A DNA stretch of 63,694 nucleotides, filler included, from Octopus bimaculoides (taxonomy: Eukaryota): NCBI RefSeq assembly GCF_001194135.2. It is 3 parts of 3 records of this genome, joined end to end, with 100 filler letters (N's around TTAATTAATTAA, not from the genome) between each part and the next. Parts side by side here need not be neighbours in the genome. Positions count along the whole stretch, not along the records: positions 28,475 to 58,192 come from NC_068983.1; positions 58,293 to 63,694 come from NW_026410814.1; 1 more part is not named here. One strand, written 5' to 3'. A program made the position numbers and the translations under genes. The notes beneath the pieces are model-generated. The model saw only the letters and a program-made list of their open reading frames with translations, did not search any database and was not told the origin of the DNA. Every line of letters begins with the position of its first letter. Position 1 is the first letter of the stretch. Of the stretch, positions 51,415-60,992 are shown piece after piece.

Positions 51415-51586
51415 TTCTGTTCCGTGATGGATCCTGAAATACAGCAGCTTAAACCCTGCTCTGTGACACCTCTGAAATATGGCAACTTTCCATCTGTTGA
51501 TACTATGTAAATCTCACCTTTTGGGGTTAGATATTCTCAGATTTAGCTAAATAATATCTTAGCAAATCTTAGAGATAACCATCACC
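51415..51586 (-). ncRNA. Candidate box H/ACA snoRNA-like RNA, copy B (intronic)
   Basis: Paralog of 49742-49910. H-box-like AUAGUA mid-molecule and an ACA triplet near the 3' end. The 3' hairpin has lower stem GAUGGA/UCCAUC and an upper stem ending 15 nt before ACA. Lies between a GCAG|GTGAGA donor (51597) and a TACTGAC branch point plus polyY-TAG acceptor (51329). Confidence 0.6.
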
Positions 51587-52893
51587 ATTATTCTCACCTG
51601 CAAAAATCTTTGATATGCACATCTTATTCCAGAATTTGGGTGAGGCACATATTAGAGTTGAAAATTCTGGAAACATACATTGTTTGTAGAGTTATGTATC
51701 AAAATAGGAAGGTGGAGAAATTTTTTGGAATTATTTATTTGGGATAAACATGTAAGAAATTTCCTGCTGGAATTTCTTCAGACAGAGAAATAATGTAGCA
51801 CTTTTGTTTTCTATTAGCAAATGAAATGTATAATGGAGAATAGATAATACCAAAACCATTTTTCAACATGGGACTCTTATAGTAAAGTTGATTGAATGCT
51901 ATATACATCTCATTATCCAGATACATTTTGACATGTGAATCTGATAAAAATAAATTTTTGCCATTCAATCATGTATTGTTATAGTGAATGCCAGTAAAAC
52001 TGATCCTTATGTGAAAAGAAAAACTAATTACTATGCCAAAGGAAAAGATTTGTATAATAGCTGTCTATGATATTGTTATAAATGTAGTTATTGAGTCATG
52101 ATTGCTCTCTTTTTCTGACTTGTGTAAATACTATTTTTAATGTTTTTTTTGTTTTATATAAGGTGTCTTGAAAATGATGAATAACTGGTAAAATACATTA
52201 GGTAAACTGTATCAAAGTTTATATAAGCCATATGATGCAGGTTCGCATTACTAAATGAATTGAGCTAATAAAGGAACTGTTATGTAAGTGCTCTGTCTGC
52301 GAAAAATAACAGTCAAATCGCCATCAAATCACTCGTTACCGTCTTTAAAAGTTTTTTAAAAAATTGACACCTCAGATAATGTGGTCTCAGAAAAAGATGA
52401 GATAGTCTAGGTTGGAATGCTTTTGATCGTAGGGCTACTCGAACAAGGCTAAACTGAAATCGTCAACAATTAAACAGATTTCGATCTAATGAAGGAGCTT
52501 CTAGTCGGTCGTTCGACATTTCTTCCAGATGACACCTTAATGTTTTAGAAAATAAAACACAATGGATATAACCGTAGTAAGATTATCTGAAAAACAAAAG
52601 GTCAAGCAGCTGGAATGCTTTTTGATCATAGTTCCCTTTGATAAAGAGATGACTGGAGTCTAAACAACAACCACATGCATTGTTAATAAGCCTATTGTAT
52701 AATTTACCTCCCTTGGATGTGGGAACTATTTGAGTTATCTCCTTTGCTGTAGATCTATCATTCAACTCTTGAAATGGGATTTACCTTTTTATTTGCCTTA
52801 GGCTGGACAATATGGAAACATTTCTATAAATGTTTTATATGATTTATATCTTTAAAAATGATCTCGTCTACGTTTATACCTTTACAGATATGT

Positions 52894-53107
52894 ATATTTA
52901 ATGTAGTCGTTGGTTGTGACCGGTCAGGAAGTTAATATTCGTTTCACGTCTCTTATTGCTCCTAGCAATATAGATGACTCATAAGAGCTGTTAGCTGGAG
53001 GCACATAACCTCCGGCCAGCAGGTTTGATGAGTCGCCTGTACTACTAAGAGTAATAACAGACGTGGTAACTTTCTGACCGGCCATAACTAACGACTACAT
53101 TAAATAT
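52894..53107. mobile_element. ~215-bp almost fully palindromic foldback element
   Basis: ATATTTAATGTAGTCGTTGGTTGTGACCGGTCAGGAAGTTA mirrors 53067-53107. The inner arms also pair down to the GGAGG-cacataa-CCTCC apex. Confidence 0.8.
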
Positions 53108-54540
53108 TACTCCTCAAAAAAATTTTCGTGGGCCTTTTTTTTTTTTTCTTTTGACTTATGCACAACTAACCAATTATATATATATTCCAAAATTTTTGAG
53201 GAAAAAAAAAATTAAATCCTTGTATTTTAAATATAACTACCACCACTACAAAAGCAAAAAAAAAAACCCACCATGCTATCACTAAAATAAATTTTCTTTT
53301 CGTTACTTTTAGTCATTTTATTGTAAAAATTTTTAAGGCTTCCCCCATCATTTTGAAGTGCGTGGTAAAAAATCAAATGGAAAAATCTTAGCGAAAATGT
53401 AGAAAATCCTACGTATGTGGGACAGCTATGCCGAAACTCCACTGCCATCTTTTTTAAATTTTATTTTCCTTTGTGAGATTTGAATTATCCTGTACCACAA
53501 AATATACGAACTTGTCCACATTTATGAATTTCACTAAAATTATCCGGCAAACATAAAAACATGGTCATTTATGTTGTAGAGAGTTGTTCCCCTTGAAAAT
53601 GTTCAATTGTTATTGCAGTTTGCTGTTCAGCCCCTGTGCACTCTAATTCATCAAATCTATTTGATCATTCCGTTGCTTATATCTGTATTTATGTCAGTGA
53701 TTACTAGTTAGGATGTTGGACGTACAATCATAAGGTAGTGGGTTCGGTTCCTACACTGGACGGTACATTGTGTTCGTGACAAATCATTTCATTTCACATT
53801 GCTCCAGTCTACTCTGTTAAAAATGAGTACCAGCAACGGCTGGGGGTTAAATTCCGTCATGGCGACGTGGGTGGGTGACGTTACTCTTGGTCACTTCTAG
53901 CTATGGAAGCCGAAAAAGAACTCCGGTTCAATGAGCTTGTAGGTTCGTGACACACCTAAGACTACGTTTCTAAGACAAATGTCTGATTTTGAGGAAAACA
54001 TAACTGCCGTTTCTAGTTGATCAATATACCACCCAGATGCTTCTTCGACGACTCGTTATTAAATGAATTAGTTTACACGCTGTTTAAATTTTATTTCAGC
54101 ACTATATACCGACATGATTCATTCAAATTATTTTATTTAATCAATTAGTCCAGCTAAACTTTGAAAATACTAACACTGCTTAATTCCACTTGATAGAGAA
54201 CAAACAGCACAAATTAACGATTACTACAGTATGAGTTATGATTAAATATGCCCTGGGTTATATCTGTATATATTCAGTTTCATTGTGAATTTAAACCAGT
54301 AGGAAGGATGCTTTTCAGTAGCATGGGATGAGGATCTGACCCAGACATGGGCAACCCTTTTTTGAGAGGCAGGCCACACAAGACACAGACCACCATCAGA
54401 CAAGTCAGACTATTTAAAAATTCAGGGCAATTTTCCATTTAGGCATGCCATTCAGAAAGTCCTATGGCTGATCAAATTAATTTAGCTGTCTTTATGCTGA
54501 TGCTTACTCACTTCTCTCTCCCAAGATTTCAAGAGAAAGT

Positions 54541-55101
54541 GGATCTATTTTAAAACGGGGCCACATTTTTCATTAATGTTTTACGTAGTGTTTTTGGTAC
54601 GGAAAGACTTTCAAACTTCGTTTACTTATCTATTTTGTGTTATAGAACAGAAAAATATTTTTGTATTCGAATTTATTTCATGTAAAAAATTGTCTTATTT
54701 CGATAATTTCAACCAATCACTGACAAGTATTCAGTTGTTTACATTTACTCCTTTGGCTGATTAAGCGATGTAATGCATATTTAATCTCCATACCTTCGTC
54801 TTATTTGCTTTTTTCATTTTAAATTTGCTTTAACCCTAACCCTAACCCTAGGGTTAGGGTTAATTGTTTCAGAATCGTTTGTTTATGTAGTCGGCACTTA
54901 ATGTATATCGGCTGAATGGACGTCAGTGATTGGTTGAAATTACAGAAATACGACAACTTTAACATGGAATAACTTATGGATTTCTTTTTTTTTTAAGAAG
55001 ACTAAGAGAAAAAGATGTTTTATATGACACATTCTACCAGTGTTCCAAGTTTCAAAGTGTTTCGTTAATGAAAAATGTGGCCCCCGTTTTAAAAAAGATC
55101 C
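54541..55101. mobile_element. MITE with GGATCT...AGATCC termini, 8-bp TSD GAGAAAGT (Merlin- or hAT-like)
   Basis: ~36-bp TIRs, a perfect TSD at 54533-54540 and 55102-55109, and an internal 19-bp perfect IR ATTTCAACCAATCACTGAC. Confidence 0.88.
54830..54863. repeat. Inverted telomeric-type repeat junction (TAACCC)3-TAGGGTTAGGGTTA
   Basis: Direct reading, at the centre of the 54541-55101 MITE. Confidence 0.9.
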
Positions 55102-57141
55102 GAGAAAGTCATGGAAATTTTTTTTGTTTTTCTCAAATTTGGCAAGGTTGGAAGAATACTACCATAGATGACCTGCTTTTTTCCCCCCTCATAACCTCCA
55201 AGACTTGTGGGAGGTAGGAGGAAGTTATCCCCAAACCAGAGACTTGATTTGAACAGTGAACTTCTCAACAGAATTAACTTTTCAAAAAGTTACCCAAAGA
55301 TCAAGTATTGGTGTTAAACTGGGAAACAAATTAAGTTTACCACCCAAAAGCTTCGAAACACAAAGACCCAGAAAAAATTCTGCCAGCTATCTCATCCAAT
55401 GTTCTCACAATACAATACCTGTTAATTCACTGCCCTGAACTAATGCATTGTTTTATGTACCATGAAAGGATGAAAGACTGAGCTAATCTCCGTAGAGTTT
55501 GAACTCAGAATGCAGAGAGCCAGAACAAATTCTAGGAGGCATCTCATCTAATGTACTAACAATACTTGTCAATCCACTGCCCTGGACTGGTACTTTTTCT
55601 CCGCTTCAAAAATACAAATCTTAATCTCTCTTTTAAACAAACCCAAAGGAGGCCCATCCTCTATGTGGTTGTTGAGTATGCTAGAAATAGCAGAAATCAC
55701 ATGAGACTCAAAAGGAATTTTTTTAACATAATTGTATTTAAATCATCAAAATGTATTAGGAAACAAAATTGAGATGCATGAAATATCTTCTCTTCCTTCT
55801 AATGTTTTACACATAACATTCTGATATAATCATAATCAACACAAGTTAAAAGTTATTTATCTTTTTAGCTTTCAGCTTTTGCTGGTTTCAGTCATCAGAT
55901 TAGTGTTGAGATACTGCCTTGAAGAATTTTAGTCAAAGGAATCAACCCCAGTACTTGTAAGCCTGGTACTTATTCTATCCATCATTTTTGCCAAACCTAG
56001 GTTATCGGAATGGTGAAAGACAAATACAGACACTAAGACACACACATATACATATATATATAGGAAAACCATCATGTATGTATGTGTGTGTGTGTCTTTG
56101 TGTTTGTTCCCTACCATTGTTTGACAACCAATGTTGGAGTGTTTATGTCCCAGTAACTCAGCAAAAAAGACAAACAGAATAATTACCAGGCTTTAAAAAA
56201 ATAAAATAGGTACTGGGGTCAATTCATTCAACTAAAAATTCTTCAAAGCAGTGTCTAAGCATGGCTGCAGTCTAATGACTGAAACGAGTAAAAGATATAT
56301 ATATATATATATATATGCATGTATGTGTGTGTGTACACACATGACAGGCTTCTTTCAGTTCCCACCTACCAAATCCACTCACAAGGCTTTGATTGGTCCA
56401 AGGCTATACTAGATGTCCAAGGTGTTATGCTGTGGGACTGAACCTAGAACCATGTAGTTGGGAAGCAAACTTCTTACCACACAGCCATGCCTGTTATTTG
56501 TAGAAAATTTCATTAACAAATATCCATTTTTCACAAACTGATAGGAAAACAAAGACAGCAGGTTACTCTTCTGTAGTTAGGCCCATTGTCAGATCTGGCA
56601 CACAGTAATAAGGAAAACGGGCTGTCTTTATTATTGTAGATGTCAATGTTTTTAACAACCAGATGCCCTACCTATAATCAACCATTTTATTTAAGTTCCA
56701 CTCAGTAAGTGACTGCTAACATACTTTATTGATTCTAGAAGGAAGAAAGAAATTACATCAACCCCAGTGCTTGACTGGTAATTATTTTATTGACCCCGAA
56801 AGGATGAAAGGCAAAGTCAACCACAGCAGAATTTGAACTCAGAACGTAAAGACACTAAATGCCACTAAGCATTTTGCCTGGCAAGCTAACGATTCTGCCA
56901 GTTTGCCACCTTAATAGCAATAAAGGTCTCAAATTTTAGCACAATGCCTGAAATTCCGGGGGAAGGGAAGGGATTAGTCAATTACATCAACCCCAGTGAT
57001 TGACTAGTACCTATTTTATTGAACCTGAAAAGATGAAAGGTTAAGTTGACCATGGCCGAATTTGAACTCAGAATGTAAGGGCAGACAAAATGCTGCTAAG
57101 CATTTTTGCCCAGCATACTAATGATTCTGCCAACTTACTGC

Positions 57142-57142
<1 letters not shown>

Positions 57143-57186
<44 letters not shown>

Positions 57187-57460
57187 GATGATGATGATGA
57201 TGNNNNNNNNNNNNNNNNNNNNNNNNNNNNNNNNNNNNNNNNNNNNNNNNNNNNNNNNNNNNNNNNNNNNNNNNNNNNNNNNNNNNNNNNNNNNNNNNNN
57301 NNNNNNNNNNNNNNNNNNNNNNNNNNNNNNNNNNNNNNNNNNNNNNNNNNNNNNNNNNNNNNNNNNNNNNNNNNNNNNNNNNNNNNNNNNNNNNNNNNNN
57401 NNNNNAAAATAATAATAATAATAATAAAAATAATAATAATAATAATAAAAATAATAATAA

Positions 57461-57505
<45 letters not shown>

Positions 57506-57520
57506 CAACAACAACAACAA
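57143..57520 (+). repeat. (AAT)n/(GAT)n/(AAC)n trinucleotide tracts around an N gap
   Basis: Direct reading. Confidence 0.95.
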
Positions 57521-58236
57521 CTGCTCTGATGCAGTACCAAGCACTGACTCTCATGACATGTTTTGTCTTGGTATAAAAGATGGGCTACAGTAAATATTCT
57601 GTTCAATACCACAGATTTGCTTGTCAGTTGTTTGACTTGGAACACAAGGAAATAAACAGAGAAAAAAACTTGTGGATTTAGCAGTCAATCATGGCGACTG
57701 GTTGGAAAAAGGTGCAGACATGGCTGTGTGGTGAAAAGTTGGCTTCCTAACCACATAGTCCCATTGCATACCACCTTGGGTAAGTGTCTTTTACTATAGC
57801 CCTGGGACTGACCAAAGCCTTGTGAATGGATTTTGGTAGATGGAAACTGAAGGAAGCCTGTCATATCTATGTATGTGTGCATGTGTCCTCTTGTCGTGAC
57901 ATTACATAATAGTAATAAATGCATGTTATTGTCATGAAACAGTGTCATTCATTTCCACTATTCTATAGAAACGGGCATTCAGCTATAAAAAAAAATCTGC
58001 CTCAGATAAACTCCATACAAACATGGAAATGTGCACATTAAAATAACGATGATTATGATGATGATATTGGCTTTGTCTGAAGGAAGGTGTTGTGCTTATA
58101 GTTTTTCAAAAGCCCTTCGTGACAGAGAAGATTCACCATTCTGCTTACATTGTAGAAAGTTGTTAACTGTAGTAAAGACACATACAAGAAGGNNNNNNNN
58201 NNNNNNNNNNNNNNNNNNNNNNNNNNNNNNNNNNNN

Positions 58237-58248
58237 TTAATTAATTAA
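58237..58248. other. Artificial scaffold-joining linker TTAATTAATTAA within a 100-bp N spacer
   Basis: Same construct as 28419-28430. Confidence 0.9.
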
Positions 58249-58716
58249 NNNNNNNNNNNNNNNNNNNNNNNNNNNNNNNNNNNNNNNNNNNNATATATAT
58301 ATATATATATACATATACATACACACACATGCACATACGCACACGCATACGCACACACGCACACAAACACACACACACGCACGCATACATATAATGTCCT
58401 GTTAATTGCATGTGTATTTGTGTAACATTTCTCTGTTTTTTTTCCGTCCTTGTTTTCGTATACATTCGCTGCTTTCTTCCAAGGAATTTAATGGTCTTAG
58501 CTTAATTTTTTCTTGGGGATGGTCAAATTGAAGCAATCTCGAGTATAACCAACCGAAATTGCAAAGACAATCTGGAACTCGACTGAGGATAGAAAAATCC
58601 GAATGACCCGACCTTGTTTTCTTTGTATCGTCTGTCTGGATGTTTTGCGTTCCTGTCTCATTTTTGTATTTTTTATATATAAAAAAGACCGCTATATATA
58701 TATATATATATATATA

Positions 58717-58936
58717 TTGTATAAAAGATCGTGGGTAAGGTCAAAACAATGCGAAGTAAATGCAAGGTAAATCAGAAGAAAGCAAATATGTAATTAATGT
58801 TGAATTACCTTGTATTCAATATTTCGGGGTTATGATCCCATTTTCAAGTCTACATTAATTCACATATCTGTTTTCTTGTGATTTACTTTGCATTTACTTC
58901 GTATTGTTTTGGCCTTACCCACGATCTTTTATACAA
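58717..58936. mobile_element. 220-bp MITE with ~60-bp TIRs, TA-flanked
   Basis: TTGTATAAAAGATCGTGGGTAAGG...GTAAATCA is mirrored by TGATTTAC...CCTTACCCACGATCTTTTATACAA. Confidence 0.85.
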
Positions 58937-58980
58937 TATATTCTACAGATGCTTCATAGTAATTATTCCATTATAATATA

Positions 58981-59568
58981 TTGGGTTGTCCGGAAAGTTC
59001 TTGCCGATTTATAGTAACTTCCGTTTCGACTTATTTTAGAACATGTTTGAGTCCATAAAATAGGATTTGACTACACCTTCATTTTAGAGCACAGTTTAAG
59101 CTATCTTTTCTTGGAAGAAGGTTTAGGTTCCTATAACCTGTGTTAATTCTGTAACCCTTTAGAATGGAAGATAAGAAAGTTCATTTTCGGCACTTGATAC
59201 TTTTCTTTTTCCGTAAAGGGAAAAATGCCTCACAAGCAACCAAAGAAATATGCGCAGTTTACGGTGATGTTTCTTTATCCAAAAGAACTGATCATAAGTG
59301 GTTCGCAAGGTTCCGAGCTGGAGATTGTAGCCTTCTTAAAAATGAGCGATCAGGCAGACCATCCACTACAGATGATGACCAAATCAAATCATTAATTAAG
59401 AATAACACTCATTGCACAACCCCAGAATTGGCAGAAAGCCTCAACCTATCAAAATCCGTCGTCCATGAGCATCTGGTAAAGCTTGGGTACACAAATCGCT
59501 ACGATGTTTGGGCACCACATGAGTTGAGTGAGAAGAACCTTTGGGAAAATCGGCACGAACTTTCAACC
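58981..59568 (+). mobile_element. Internally deleted mariner (mellifera-subfamily-like) with transposase N-terminus 59164-59540
   Basis: TA|TTGGGTTGTCCGGAAAGTTCTTGCCGATTT left TIR. ORF MEDKKVHFRHLILFFFRKGKNASQA...RSGRP...VWAPHEL. Partial right TIR AAATCGGCACGAACTTTC at about 59546-59564. Confidence 0.9.
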
Positions 59569-60887
59569 TTGAAAGGATAATAGGCAAAGTCGACCTCGGC
59601 AGAATTTGAACGCAGAACGTAAAGACAGACGAAATACCGCTAAGCATTTCGCCCGGCGTGCTAACGTTTCTGCCAGTTCGCTGCCTTTCATAATCCGATA
59701 CATTATAATGTGCAGTATCTGAGCATTCAGAAAACATTTGTATTTTAAATTAGCTTTCACATAGTATCAGTGCTGATAGGGTAACCTCCTTGCATCATGT
59801 ACATCACACATACACTTTAACTGACGGGCTTTCTCAGAATTTTCGCTTCTACCTAATTTTATTCAAAAATGGCTNNNNNNNNNNNNNNNNNNNNNNNNNN
59901 NNNNNNNNNNNNNNNNNNNNNNNNNNNNNNNNNNNNNNNNNNNNNNNNNNNNNNNNNNNNNNNNNNNNNNNNNNNNNNNNNNNNNNNNNNNNNNNNNNNN
60001 NNNNNNNNNNNNNNNNNNNNNNNNNNNNNNNNNNNNNNNNNNNNNNNNNNNNNNNNNNNNNNNNNNNNNNNNNNNNNNNNNNNNNNNNNNNNNNNNNNNN
60101 NNNNNNNNNNNNNNNNNNNNNNNNNNNNNNNNNNNNNNNNNNNNNNNNNNNNNNNNNNNNNNNNNNNNNNNNNNNNNNNNNNNNNNNNNNNNNNNNNNNN
60201 NNNNNNNNNNNNNNNNNNNNNNNNNNNNNNNNNNNNNNNNNNNNNNNNNNNNNNNNNNNNNNNNNNNNNNNNNNNNNNNNNNNNNNNNNNNNNNNNNNNN
60301 NNNNNNNNNNNNNNNNNNNNNNNNNNNNNNNNNNNNNNNNNNNNNNNNNNNNNNNNNNNNNNNNNNNNNNNNNNNNNNNNNNNNNNNNNNNNNNNNNNNN
60401 NNNNNNNNNNGTGTAATATTTGTTATGTGCAAGAGTATATTTTTATGCTGTATTCGATATATGTGTGTGTCTATAGTGAGAAATAAATATAAAATAATGT
60501 TTTATTAATAAAAATACACTTTTATTAATTCCGTTTTCTTTCTGATTAATTTTTCAGAGCTATAGGCCCCGTTGTTGTTGCTGTTATTGTTGTTATTGTT
60601 GTTGTTATTATTATTGTTATTATTGTTGTTGTTATTCTTAACGTAGTTGTTTGTGTTTATTGTGTTGTTATTGCTTATTCTTCGCATCTCCTTCATCATT
60701 TCCTTTCCTGTTATTCATTTATATCTTTATTTATTTATTCTTTCTTTCTTCACTTTTATTCTTTCTTTTTCTTTTTCTTTTATTATCCCCCCCTCTCCTT
60801 CACTTTATAAATTTTTTTCCTTGTATATTCTTTTATTTCTCTTCTCCTTTTCTTTCGTTTCGATCACACACAAAAAATAACAAACTT

Positions 60888-60992
60888 TCTTCTTCTTCTT
60901 CTTCTTCTTCTTCTTCTTCTTCTTCTTCTTCTTCTTCTTCTTCTTCTTCTTCTTCTTCTTCTTCTTCTTCTTCTTCTTCTTCTTCTTCTTCT
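60888..60992 (+). repeat. (TTC)n microsatellite within a pyrimidine-rich tract (about 60700-61200)
   Basis: Direct reading. Confidence 0.97.

Larger units (their letters stand above)
49619..51940 (-). ncRNA. Putative spliced non-coding snoRNA host transcript (candidate exons 51940-51851, 51666-51598, 51328-51184, short exon ending 49914, 49693-49619)
   Basis: Canonical minus-strand splice signals (tttttatcag|, tttccag|, |gtgaga, ttttatag|, |gtaagt). Joining 51666-51598 to 51328 in its open frame gives an early stop. Confidence 0.4.

Noticed and set aside
51531-51586. Plus-strand ATATTCTCA...AACCAT resembling U17/snR30 m1/m2 motifs
   Set aside because: There is no flanking stem or ACA on the plus strand, and the m2-like motif differs between the two copies (AACCAT versus AACCGT).
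51424-51586. C/D-box reading of the duplicated RNA (GTGATGG start)
   Set aside because: No terminal CTGA is conserved in both copies, and the putative guide upstream of the internal CTGA differs between them.
51735-51968. 77-aa minus-strand ORF MNGKNLFLSDSHVKMYL...
   Set aside because: No recognisable domain, and it runs across a strong predicted splice acceptor at 51941.
52174-52260. ATGATGA C-box on the plus strand
   Set aside because: No downstream CTGA D box or terminal stem.
54830-54863. Head-to-head telomere repeats as a chromosome-fusion scar or telomerase template
   Set aside because: The tract has only about five units and lies inside a TIR/TSD-bounded MITE.
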